A stretch of 64,000 nt of DNA from Octopus sinensis (Eukaryota). Shown in pieces: positions 13,690-25,226 of the stretch. The stretch lies in the NCBI RefSeq assembly GCF_006345805.1, contig NC_043008.1, positions 39,618,001 through 39,682,000 on the forward strand, in the 5' to 3' direction. The notes beneath the pieces were generated by a model. It worked only from the letters and a program-made list of their open reading frames with translations. It was not told the origin of the DNA and searched no databases. The position numbers were made by a program, and so were the translations under genes. Position 1 is the stretch's first letter, and each line of letters opens with the position of its first letter.

Positions 13690-13850
13690 AGTTAGATACG
13701 GTGGCCTTCCGAGTTCACTCCCAAGACATAGATCTGCATGGGGCTATAGCAGAAGGCAATTTCCCGAAGGGCCGCACAACGGAACAGAACCAGCAATAAC
13801 GCGGTTCTGATGTATATTTCTTAACCACACAGCTCTGTCTGTACCTATAC
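13690..13850 (-). mobile_element. Degraded 5' part of SINE family D
   Basis: GGGGCTATAGCAGAAGGCAATTTCCCGAAGGGCCGCACAACGGAACAGAACC...TTAACCACACAGC resembles the 5' region of the copy at 46083-46498. Confidence 0.6.
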
Positions 13851-14599
13851 TACAAGCATAGAAATATGTATGGATGTATTTGAAATTGATGCTAAATATA
13901 ACATAAGAATTGCACACTTTAGGAATACGTAGTAGGAATAAGAAATGAAAAAAAAAAACTTATCTGAAAACCATCAAGCGTTACATTATCTGATTTGAGA
14001 ATTGCATAAGCAGCATCAGGAAAAAGAAAACGCTTCATGTAGCTTAGATACTTTATATTTCTTTAGCATTGTCTGTACTTCTGTATTTCCAAATGTGCTT
14101 TATTTTTCCGTTATTGATTTCGTAAATGACTGAGTGATCCTTCTTTTTATTTCCTTTTCCGTTTGGGATATTTTTCATATTTTCATATTCGCTTTGGTTT
14201 GATATTCCAATATGCGTAGAGCAAAAGTATGCCCATTTTCCTTGGTAACTCTTATTATTAGCTTTTATTTTCTGTGTTGTTCCGAAATACATCAATAGAT
14301 TCCTTTCTGGGTAAAAGAACTTTGTACACCATGGAGAAAATTCTTGATGTGTTCAAGGTTAGCAAGAATGCACGTTTCCAAGTAGCAGCACAGATCTGTA
14401 CTCGGTCGTGCAGTGAAAGTGTGCGATAAATATATGATTTATGAAGAAAAAATATGACGCATTAATATATCTTTACATTGTCGATGAAATAAAATACCAA
14501 ATAAGTATTCAGGTTGATATAATCGACTATAAACTCCTTGCGAATTTCTGACATTGTGCATATGTTAAAGGCAATTATTTCTATTATCATCATCGGTAT

Positions 14600-15475
14600 T
14601 TCCGAGCTGGCGGAATCGTTCGAACGTCGGGCAAAATGGTTAGCGGCATTGTGTCCGCCCTTATGTTCTGAGTTCAAATTCCACTGAAATTGACTTTATC
14701 TTTCATAATCTCGTGGTCAATAAAATAAGTACCAGTTGAGTACTTAGATCGATCTAATTGACTTAGCTCCTTCTCCAAATTACTGGTTTCGTGCCAAAGA
14801 TTTGAAATCATTATTATTATTATTATTGTTGTTGTTGTTGTTGTTATTATTTATCGAGCCAACAGAAAATGTAGGACGTCGGACAAAATTCTTTGAAGCG
14901 TTTCTTCCGGCTTACGTTCTGAGTCTAGATTCTGTCCAAGGGGATTTAACCTATTATTTTTTCGGGGTCGACAAAATAGAAACCAATCAAGTACTAAGGT
15001 TGTTGGAATCGACATATTGGCCCAACAAAGTCTGACAGTTGAAAAGACTACTATCACTACAAGCCAGCAAGCTGGCAGAATCGTTAGCACATCGGACAAA
15101 ATGCTTAACAATATCTCTATTGGCTTATCGCTCTGAGTTCAAATTGCGTCAAGGACTGCTTTTTTTATATCATTCCGGGGTCGATAAGACATGTACAAGT
15201 TGAGCACTTGAGCTCAACATAATCGACTCTCTTCTTCCCCCAAAAATTCAGGCCTTGTGCCTGTAATAAATAGCATTATTATTATTATTGATGTCGTTGA
15301 ATTGGCAAATTTATGAGAGAATGGGCAAGACTGTTTTGCGGTATAAGCAGCAGCCCTCGAATTTCTGAATTCAAATGAGTCAGAAAAGAAATTTTCCGTT
15401 TAAAATACGATTAAATACAATAGACTAAAACTTTTGTGTTCTCTGCCCGAATTAGAAACCGTTGATATTATTATT
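14600..15475 (+). mobile_element. Head-to-tail chain of four degraded SINE family C copies
   Basis: Units start near 14602, 14857, 15061 and 15290. The first three carry recognisable GAGCTGGC.GAATCGTT, TTCTGAGTTCAAATT and GGGGTCGAT..AAT..GTAC-type segments as in 29427-29652; the fourth is the most decayed. Most are separated by (ATT)n-type tails. Confidence 0.75.
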
Positions 15476-15589
15476 TGTTTTTTTTTTGGGGGGGGGTTGC
15501 TGTAATTATGGTCGTTGTATCTTTTTGGACATACTTAATTTTTTTCTCAAACGTTTGTTGTTTTTTCTCTACTTTTAATTCGTCTGTAG

Positions 15590-15626
15590 TAAAATCAAGA
15601 AAGGAGCATTTGCCGCAGAATGCCTG
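15590..15626 (+). other. Candidate 37-nt internal exon (unassigned)
   Basis: Long pyrimidine tract ending CTGTAG, then TAAAATCAAGAAAGGAGCATTTGCCGCAGAATGCCTG, then GTAAGC (alternative donor CAGG|GTGAGT after 15635). Open as xKIKKGAFAAECL. Splice-signal evidence only. Confidence 0.25.
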
Positions 15627-16289
15627 GTAAGCAGGGTGAGTGAGAATCTTACCGATATGTGGTCTCTCCTGAGTGATTATCCACTTCTATTGGGGGTACA
15701 TGATTTAATTTTTTTAAATTATTGCCCTGCCTCTTTCTCTTCACTTCTTTTCTCCACTGTTAAGGGAGTAAGAAGAAAAAAGAAAGAAAATTGATCGTAT
15801 ATAATTCCTAAATGTTTTAAATGAATATAAACCGACTAGTTTCAGAATCCCAAGTTACATTGTATCGATAAGCTTCAACAGGAACGAAATAGCTTGTCGG
15901 CAGCTACAAAGACACCCAAAGGAAAGACAAAACAAGGAAAAATGAATTAGATGGAAATATTATTTCATATGTTCCCTCCCTCATAAGAAAAAGACATTGC
16001 ATAATAATGGAGCCAAAAAAAAATAATAAAGAAGAAAATTAAGCCCTGGACGGTTCTCAACCCTTAAGGGAAATTTCTCTCTTCCTTCTATTTCTTAGCA
16101 AACTCTCTTTTATCCTCTTACTTCGAAAGCAGCCGTTGGTGGGAGCACCAACAATCTACAGTCATTTTTTCTTTTACTATATTTCCATTGTAAATTTTAC
16201 TTTTATATACTTTCCACGTGCTTTGTGTTAATCCTCATTGTCTTTTGTCTCTGTATCGCCCTATATATCTTTTGTTGGCTTTGTGTCCA

Positions 16290-16500
16290 GCAGAGAAGGA
16301 CCAAAACGCTTAGCCAACTCCAACCTTGTCTTGCGTATCTTTATATTCTGAGTTCAATTCTTTCCGACATCAAATTGTTACACTTTCAGGGTGGATGTTA
16401 TAAAAAACGGTACCAGTCAAATCTTGGAGAGGATGTAATCGACTTACTGCATTCTCTTCAATTTGCTTGGATTTGGCCAAAATTAGGAATAATTATTGTT
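16290..16500 (+). mobile_element. Degraded SINE family C copy
   Basis: AAAACGCTTAGC...TATATTCTGAGTTCAATT...GGTACCAGTCAAAT...GATGTAATCGACTTA...GGCCAAAATTAGGAATAATTATT. Confidence 0.65.
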
Positions 16501-18608
16501 GCTGACTACCATTAATATAAATTGCTGCTGTGAGTATAAGCAGCGAGCATTATTTCACAAAGAAACACGTTCATATTGAACCCACCATGTTTCTTATACA
16601 TACACAGATGCATTCCTTCGTCAATATGATTGTCACAGACGCATATACAAGCACAAACAACTTTTAAATGAATCGATAAAGTATTAATTTTCAAAGTATA
16701 GAATGTTTGTTGAGTAGTGTGACAGAAATTGCTTAGTGAAACGTATATTTAACACAGACAGAATCAATTATATACTCTCATTTCAATACATGCAAATGTA
16801 CATAAATTTTATACAGATTATTCATATTCGCGCTTATCTATTATATTCATATTTTAAAAACTTATATTTGCTGACAACTAATAGACATCTATAAATGGTC
16901 GTACATATTCTGCTAATTCAACGACGTTGAGGCGCGACGATTAATATATACGCAGCGCTAGAACAACACAGACACACACACGTGTAGCCTTTTTCATACA
17001 TCTGCTCTCACTTGTCTATTACATACAATTTCTTTTGGAAATTACCTGATATATTTTAAGACAATAGCGGAAAATAGTATTCAGTGTAGTCTGTCTGGTG
17101 TATTTTCAAGGGATTAATTACCTCATAACAAATTAGCACTAATTTACACTCTAGTAGACATTATTCTTCTAAATTTGTTCGTATTATATTCATATACAAA
17201 GCAGGTCTTTGGGGAATAATATTATTGGATATATATATCGGCTGATTCAGATGATTGATTTTTATGCGAAATCAATAAGTGTCTTTATACTTTCCAATTA
17301 GAAACATTTTTGATGAATTTTAGTTTCATATCCACAATAAGCTTACGATCCTGAAGTCTAGGTTGAATAGCTTACGACGCCATATATCTACACATAAAAC
17401 AATCTTTTAGAGGTAAGTTGCAAAACTTTATCCGAAAATAATTATTCATAATCTCTATGGTGTATTACGCAATGATTTGAATTATTCAAACGTATGTTTT
17501 GGCAGAATAGTAATTCTTGAGAAATTTAAAAGCAGGACGAACTAAAATATCTATAACTATCTTTCGGTTATGACTTTTTAATTTATGTTTTATACGCGTA
17601 TTTATTAACATAATTAAAGGGTGGAGCGTCGCACCGATACGCAGCTGCCTGGAGTTAAACTAGTGGTAACACAGATCAGCCATTTTGATGTGGCGACTGG
17701 CTTTACTTTTTAACATACTAACAGTTTTTCCTAAAATTTATTAATGTGAACAATTATTATTATTATTTATTATTGTGAGAAATGAAATTTAGGAATTTAA
17801 ATGAAAATAAAAAGCGTCGAACAAAACTGCTGTTGCGGCATTGGCCGCCACCTCAAGAGATGGCGAAAAACTGTCTGAATGCATTCCACAATGATTATAC
17901 CGACTTATGCCGTCACAAAAAAATTATTATTTTCTCTTTCCTTCTTTCATTAAAACTGTGGGGTTATGGTTTGAAAGAAAGTCAGCTGTTACTTGTAACA
18001 TGTCAAGCAAGCAAATATAATCTTCTGATTAGAGTGTAATCGTAATGATGTTAAAATCAATGAAATACACGCCTAAGCGTGGGTTTAATTCCCATTTCTC
18101 TCCAATTTAAAACAGAAAAGGATTTAAACATTCACAAAACCATTAAAATAATCTCTTCCTTTATTTTCTATTTCTTAAATAAAGAAAAATATTTTATGAA
18201 CATTTTTAAATCAATAACAACGGCAAACAGTTCACACTTGAATCGGTTTGATCAAATCTTTGTAGATATATTTCAGGGTCCAATGATTTAATTCGTAAAC
18301 AGTTTCACACTAACTACATTTGTTTTCTTTTTCACACAGAATTATACGGAATGGTGGATCCTAACCAGATTTAGATTCGTACTAAAATTATTGTGACCCT
18401 TTTTGCAAAGTCGGCTGAAATTCCATCGGCTTACAGAAATCACTCTACTATGTTTAACGCTCACTACAATTCTGCTGACTCAGATTCTGCACAAATTCCC
18501 ATAACAGTTTATTAGATGCTACTTCAGTATATATATATATATATATACATATATATATGGAAAAAATGTCAAGGTAGAAAATGCTAAAGTAATTTTATTA
18601 AAATATTT

Positions 18609-18643
18609 CAGAACCGGTTTCCGTCATTGAGACTTTTCAACTG
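18609..18643 (-). ncRNA. Minimal type I hammerhead-like motif with U3-A8 core
   Basis: Minus strand: CAG UUGAAAA GUC-UCAAU-GAC G GAA ACCGGU U CUG. Helix I is 3 bp, helix II 3 bp, and helix III is the palindrome ACCGGU. There is one extra G before GAAA. Confidence 0.5.
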
Positions 18644-18802
18644 TAAGTATGGAAAACAATTAAATTTTGGAAAATTAAATGAAAAGTATTTAAAAAAAAT
18701 ATTTGCATAGTATTCAAATACAAGTGGCATTTTCCTTGTTTCTGCTTGTCTCTGTCTCTCTTGTTTACACATATCGGTTGGACGTCGTTGTGAATTCTTG
18801 GC

Positions 18803-18943
18803 AAAGAAGAAGAAGAAGAAGAAGAAGAAGAAGAAGAAGAAGAAGAAGGAGAGGAAGAAGAAGAAGAAGAAAAAGAAGAATAAGAAGAATAAGAAGAAAA
18901 TAATTGGGGAGTGCTATGATAGTAGTAGTATGTTAAATGGTCA

Positions 18944-18980
<37 letters not shown>

Positions 18981-19076
18981 TATTATATTATTATTATTAT
19001 TGTTGTTGTTGTTGTTGTTATTATTATTATTGTTATTATTATTATTATTATTATTATATTATTATTATTATTATTA

Positions 19077-19146
<70 letters not shown>
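18803..19146. repeat. (GAA)n (18803-18900) and (ATT)n/(GTT)n (18943-19146) microsatellites
   Basis: Directly visible runs. Confidence 0.95.
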
Positions 19147-19330
19147 TGGTGAAAATTCACAGCCTATTTTGCTGGTTATGATGGAAAATATCAGCTGCCC
19201 ACTTGGTGACACTTGTTTAGTGATCGTGCTGCACAGATCACCTTGCACAGAATTCTTACAGTACCCAGCAATGCTGATTTTTTTAGGAATTTTACCTTTA
19301 TATCTGTAAGTGTTTGTATCGTTATTTTAA
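19146..19330 (-). mobile_element. 3' end of a second R4/Dong-like LINE, with (TAA)n tract
   Basis: Minus strand reads KKSALLGTVRILCKVI (compare QKSALLGTARILRKVL), then a short UTR ending in AATAATAATAAT. Confidence 0.65.
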
Positions 19331-20424
19331 TTTTCTTCTAATCACTCTCTCCTCTCTTATTAATATCGCTTTTGTTATTGCCTTCAATTTCACCCGTCTT
19401 ACTCTTTTGCCTGTTTAATTTTGTTACCAGTGTTAAACGGAAAGTGTTCTTCACGCATTAACTGAAGTTTCATACTAGTAACTATGTACTTCCTTGCCAT
19501 TCTACACATTAACCCCTCCGGTCCATACCGCTAGCTTTCTTTTTCTTTTTCATCCTTCTCTCTCCGTTCTTCTTCCTGTCCCACATCCCAATCTTTGTCT
19601 TCACCATGTTCTTTTCCATCTGTTTCCTTCCTTCCTTCCTTCCTTCCTTCATTCATTCATTCATTCTTTCATTCTTCCTTTCTTTCTTTCTTTCTTTCTT
19701 TCTTCTTCTTACATTTTTCTAGCATGCTGTTCATATTGATTATTTATCCCCTAACTATATTTTAATTTGCTCTTTCTTTCCTGCTGATATACGCAAAATA
19801 TAGAGTCTAGCAGATGCCCAATGTAACAGCTCACCTATGATGCAGGTCTAATGACGTGCCAATTTTACGTTTAAAACCGCAAATATTACGTATATTTTCA
19901 AGATGAACTTTCCCGTACGTAAACTGGGGATGAATGCAGAGTTGGCACAGAAACAGCTGTAACCGATCATTAAAGATGCGCTCTTGTATTGTTATTTGGT
20001 TTATATATACGTATATATAGATTTTCACGTATGTATATATATATAACTATATATGTGTATATGTGTGTGTTTGCATGTGTGTGTATGTGTATGAGTAGGT
20101 TATATCAGAATGAATCGTACGAGTTACTGAATGTAGAGCTTGTTCAGTTAGCAAATTCAATAATTCAATACTCTTTTTAATGTCAACAAAATAATAAAAG
20201 TTGTATAAATGCACGCATGAAAAATTGCGATATTTATTAGAAATATGAAACAAAACATTCTTATCACTACACAGTCGCGTCATAAAAATGCACTTTTCCA
20301 TTATCAAACAGGAGACATACATGAAAGTAAGTAAAACAAAGCAAGAAATGAAAAAAAGAATATTTTTTTTTATTTTTCTGGTGAACATTTAATTTCGAAA
20401 TCCTTTAGGTTCTAATTTCAAATC

Positions 20425-20624
20425 TCAGAGGCGTTCAAATTTAATAAATATATTACTATGCATTTTTTTGTTTCTATGTAAGAAAAAGCAACATCCAATT
20501 TCGGTTTGTTTGTTCAATCTCACTAATGGAAATAGTAACATCAGAAGCAGTCGTATTTGATGTATATGGACTTGTGTTGTATCAGCAGCAGCAGGATTTA
20601 TTGTCATCGAATTTGGAGCAGCAT
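20425..20624 (-). CDS. Candidate terminal coding exon (unassigned)
   Basis: Strong minus-strand acceptor TTTATTTTTTTTTTCAG at 20625-20626. The phase-1 frame is open to a stop: (D)AAPNSMTINPAAADTTQVHIHQIRLLLMLLFPLVRLNKQTEIGCC...FERL*; the other two frames close within 15 codons. No recognised homology. Confidence 0.3.
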
Positions 20625-20699
20625 CTGAAAAAAAAATAAACAGAAGTCATAATATTATATGGAGTAGCCAAAATATGACAATCAGTTACATTTTTATAA

Positions 20700-20872
20700 A
20701 TGGTTTCAAATTTCTGCACAAGGCCAGCAATTTGGGGGGTATAAGTCAATTACATCGAGTCCAGTGCTAGACTGGCAATTATTTTAACGATCCCGAAAGA
20801 ACGAAAGACAAAGTGGAAATCGGCAAAATGTTAAATCAAAACCTGAAGAGGGACGAAATGACGTTAAGCATC
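20700..20872 (-). mobile_element. Degraded SINE family C copy
   Basis: TTTCAAATTTCTGCACAAGGCCAGCAATTTGGGGGG...ATTACATCGAGTCCAGTGCTAGACTGGCAATTATTTTAACGATCCCGAAAGAACGAAAG, the reverse complement of the family C body. Confidence 0.7.
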
Positions 20873-21348
20873 CTTGGTTTTTCTTGGTTTTTCTCAAGCA
20901 AGTCCTTACACTATGCGTATACCTTTACGCTTTCTCCAAAGAGTGTATGAAGGACGTTTTAATCAATGTATGTCTACGACTATTTTATGCAGGTAACTAC
21001 ATTCGTCTGTTCACCATGTTGCGCAAAACTAATCGATTTTAAGCTTAGATATGTGTGATTCCCTTGTAATCAGAATCTGTATTCGTAGTAACACAACCTT
21101 TCATCAGGGGCTTCTTAAAATAATACACGTAAACTTTTAGATTCCTCCAAGAAAACGCTGGCAGATTGCACACAGTAGACGCTCTTTCGTAAGCTTGGCG
21201 GTTTTTTATAATTTTGGCCAGAAAATTTCATATATAAATATGAAAGAATAGAAAAAAAATTGGAAATGTTTGTATTTCAGTTCTTCCTTTACAAGTCAAG
21301 TGGTTAACTAATATACTACTTGATTACATATATATATTATATATATTT

Positions 21349-21390
<42 letters not shown>

Positions 21391-21432
21391 ATGTATATAC
21401 TTTATTTAAAAGCAGCAGAAATTCAACAAAAC

Positions 21433-21470
21433 CTGTTACTCGGAATTTCACGTTCCCATTCGTCGGACAT
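21433..21470 (-). ncRNA. Type I hammerhead-like motif (U4C core), left arm
   Basis: Minus strand: AUGU CCGACGA AUG-GGAA-CGU GAA AUU-CCG-AGU A ACAG. GUA cleavage triplet, GNRA loop II. Confidence 0.55.
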
Positions 21471-21500
21471 TTTGTTAAAATTGTTAGAATTTTAACAAAA

Positions 21501-21538
21501 CTATCCGACGAACGGGAACGTGAAAGTCCGAGTAACAG
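21501..21538 (+). ncRNA. Type I hammerhead-like motif (U4C core), right arm
   Basis: CUAU CCGACGA ACG-GGAA-CGU GAA AGU-CCG-AGU A ACAG. One mismatch each in helix I and helix III. Confidence 0.5.
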
Positions 21539-21666
21539 GTTTTGTTGAATTTCTGCTGCTTTTAAATAAAGCATATTACTCTACCCCTGGTATTTGAGTA
21601 CTCTTTTTTTCCTCCTTGTTTCACTTTTATGTGTTTACTCCGGTATATATATATATATATATAATA

Positions 21667-21710
<44 letters not shown>

Positions 21711-21851
21711 TGTTTAACCAAATAGTCGACTTCTGAAAAATCTATTCATGGCATTTTATGATAATCATCTCTGAAGCGCTGGCTCATACTTAAATTCTGT
21801 CGTGAGAAAGAGAACAGGCGAGTGTATCTATACAGGTGAGATAAAAGGTTT

Positions 21852-21883
<32 letters not shown>

Positions 21884-22131
21884 ACACGCACACTCACGCA
21901 CACACATAGATGTGTATATACATACACATACATGTATATATACATACACTCATATCTATAATACATCCATGTATGTGTGTGTGCGTGAGAGAGGCGAGAG
22001 AGTGTGTGAGGTAGATTTTATCTCTAAAGCAACTGTACGTTAATCTGAAGATTATTGTATAACATCTATTATACGTTAATTAGAAGAGAAGGGGCAGTGA
22101 CTTCGAAATTTCACCTGCTAGTTTTCATAGA

Positions 22132-22165
22132 TCGATGAAGGCTAGCAAGCCGAAACTTCGACGTC
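22132..22165 (+). ncRNA. Degenerate minimal hammerhead relic
   Basis: UCGAUGA A GGC-UAGCAA-GCC GAA ACUUCGACGU C. Helix II is perfect, helix III is one change from the palindrome ACGUCGACGU, the triplet is GUC, and core positions 3-4 are swapped. Confidence 0.45.
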
Positions 22166-23295
22166 ACTCTCTATCAATATTCCTGTAAAATATTATGTGT
22201 GTGTGTGTGTGAGAGTGTGCGAGCATGTATGGATATTTATATAGCTATTTATATGTGTATTTGTTTATACTTCTATGAATAATATTAGTATCTGAAGAAA
22301 TATTGGTTTTTGTAATGTCATTGTTGTTATGGCAGTGATGAAACTATGTCAAGTGTAACGATGCATTTCAAGCAGATCAAGTTGTTTGTCTGTCATGGTT
22401 CAATGACCTAATTTTAATGTCTGATATTTAAAATTTCTTTCAGATGCAAATTAAAAAATTTTTCTCTAAATTTTAAATAATATATATTTTTTTCATTGAA
22501 GCCAATAAATATCGATATTATTTCTATTTGAATTTTCTTCTTATGTTTTTCTTTCTAAAATCATGTGTCAAATGGATTTCAGAAACAACTTGAAAAGTTT
22601 GCATATTTGAAGTGGGACTGTTTTACACGCTCCATTTACACCCATAGCCTTAACTTATACACGAAGAATATATTACACATGCAGTATTAAACGAACATTT
22701 TCGATTTATTAAGTTTACCAGAAAATGAAAACGCAGCAAGAAATCCAATACAATGCCATTTGTAGCAGATAAAGCTATAATAGAACGGGAACACAGAAAG
22801 ATTACTAAACGAAAAAATATTCATCTCATCAAATTCTGACATTTTTGTTATATTTTTCATTTTAATTATTTATAATAGTTCAGCGGAATCATTTCTTTTT
22901 CTCATTTGACTTTCAAACCATTTACTTTCATTTTATACTGTTTATATTTTTCTTGTGTTTCGTTCATAACTATTGAATTTTTAGCCTCCTTAAATTCCAA
23001 AGTAGTTATGGATCAAGGAATCTTGAGTGGATAACTTTTATTCCTAAAGAACTGACATCTAATCATATGGACAGCATTAATAAATAAATAAATAAATAAA
23101 TAAGAAGGAAGTTTAACTGCATTCTACAAACATCTGAATGCTAAAATATTTTATCATTTGCAAAATTGAAATTGCAATTCAGTTAAAAATCTCTCCAGTT
23201 AATTATGCATATATATATTTATCAATTTACCTATCTACCTATAACTATTTACACCTGCACGCACACACATATATGATATATGATATATATCATAT

Positions 23296-23340
<45 letters not shown>

Positions 23341-23409
23341 TTTCTCATACACGCATCATTATACACGTTTCAGTAGTCGCGTGGTTATTTGTGTTTAATA
23401 ATGAATAAA

Positions 23410-23986
23410 TCATTTCAAAATATTACTTAAATATGCCATTTCGTCAGGAATAATCTTGTTAATCTCAAATTCCCCAAATCCGAGGTTACTGTAGTATTCG
23501 TATCGGCCGTTATATTCTGTCTATCATAAATCTCCATCATTACTTTGAATATTCTCTTGAACGTAGTCATGAACGGTATTAAATATTCGTAACGGCGACG
23601 GAGCAGTTGGACTATCTGCACATATTGTACCTGTTAGCAGGCCAATTACAACCTAGGTATTTCTCGAAGAAATTCTTCTGTGGGCTTGTTGCATACAAAC
23701 CATGTCCCGTTCCCTCGATCCCTTGGGACACTTCAGCAACGTCTCTTTCATTAAAATGAAGCATATTTTCAAATCAAGCAGAATATTTCTGTAGGTTACG
23801 TTGAACGTCATCAATTAGTTCAAATTAGGTTTGTTAAAACTGTCCAAAGCTTCATTGCAGCTATTGTTTTTACAAGCCATAACTTTCTGTATGAGAGCGT
23901 CTTTGAGATTCCTAACAAAGAGTTATTTCCAATATCCGGATCGATCTGGTAGGGAAAATTATATTGTAAGTTGGTGCCTTTCCTCT
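23410..23986 (-). pseudogene. Exon-like, frameshifted coding relic of unknown protein
   Basis: Minus-strand acceptor CTCTATTCAG at 23987-23988, followed by ~580 bp free of microsatellites. With three frameshifts it reads RKGTNLQYNFPYQIDPDIGNNS/VRNLKDALIQKVMACKNNSCNEALDSFNKPNL/IDDVQRNLQKYSA*FENMLHFNERDVAEVSQGIEGTGHGLYATSPQKNFFEKYLGCNWPANRYNMC/ADSPTAPSPLRIFNTVHDYVQENIQSNDGDL**TEYNGRYEYYSNLGFGEFEINKIIPDEMAYLSNILK*. Family not recognised. Confidence 0.35.
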
Positions 23987-24377
23987 CTGAATAGAGTAAA
24001 GCAAATCACACGAAACGAAGGAGGTAGAGAGAGTGAGAGAGAGAGAGAGAAAGAGCGAGAGAGAAAGAGCGAGACAGAGAGAAACAAGCAAGAGAAAGAG
24101 AGATGGGTAGGGCATGAGAGGGAGAGAGAGAAGCGAGGGAGAAATCGAAAGAGGGGAGAGAGAGGTGAGGAGAGATGTTGGGAAGTGGAGAGAAGAAAAG
24201 GTATCCGTAGTCCTTAGAACCAAATATTTCGGAGTTTGCATAATCGGTAATATCCTGTATCGTACCATATATTCGGTATACCCCAGAAAAACATTCCATC
24301 TTTCACGGAATCAATTGTTTAATTTTTCAGATTTAACGTAAGGAGGACATAAATTTTGATATGCATATGAATGTAGG

Positions 24378-24409
<32 letters not shown>

Positions 24410-24754
24410 CGAGTGTTTGTGTGTTTGCCTGTGCGCCCGTTCGTGTATTTTTTTTAATACAAATTGTAAATGTATGTCCATATATTTTCCGATCATTTAT
24501 GAAAGACAGTGTGTTGAAGTTATTGGAACTGGTGATTAAAAAGATGAGAAGCGTAACTGGGAGATGATTTATTGAAAAACAAAATAGTAACATTAACGAA
24601 TCTATATTTTAAGATATTGCCATTTGTATAAAACTCTTTAGAGGGAAAGAAATAACGATGAATACAAGGCACAGGGAAGGGTTTCTTTATAGGCTTAAAG
24701 ACTTATGGAGCGAAAAAGAAGATATTAATATATATATGTATATATGTATATATG

Positions 24755-24788
<34 letters not shown>

Positions 24789-24826
24789 ATATATATACTA
24801 ATAGTTATCGCCAATTTTAATATCTC

Positions 24827-24896
<70 letters not shown>

Positions 24897-25193
24897 CTTA
24901 CACACCACACACACACACACACATAGATATATGTTATAGTCTTACTGTCACATAGAAATACACATAAGCATTCCGAAAATATACTCAAAGAATACGGCTT
25001 AGAGCATTAAGGAGTATTATATATATATACATAAATTCTTATACATACATATATATGCGTGTGTGTGTTTATGTATGTATACACATGTATAGGCATATAT
25101 ACTAATGTGTACATATATGCATACATATATATACACACATATACATATACATATATATATATTTATATATAATATATATATATATATATATTT

Positions 25194-25226
<33 letters not shown>

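Larger units (their letters stand above)
21400..21571. repeat. 172-bp near-perfect palindrome made of two divergent hammerhead-bearing repeat copies
   Basis: Arms CTTTATTTAAAAGCAGCAGAAATTCAACAAAACCTGTTACTCGGA...TTGTTAAAATT and their reverse complement, with a 5-nt loop GTTAG. The block lies between (TA)n tracts. Confidence 0.92.

Noticed and set aside
14053-14295. 80-aa ORF with SVIYEI resembling a GIY-YIG start
   Set aside because: The YIG/ET half of the motif is absent.
20833-20860. CTGAAGAG GGAC GAAAT hammerhead-like string
   Set aside because: Helix II is one base pair, and the string is part of an antisense SINE C copy.
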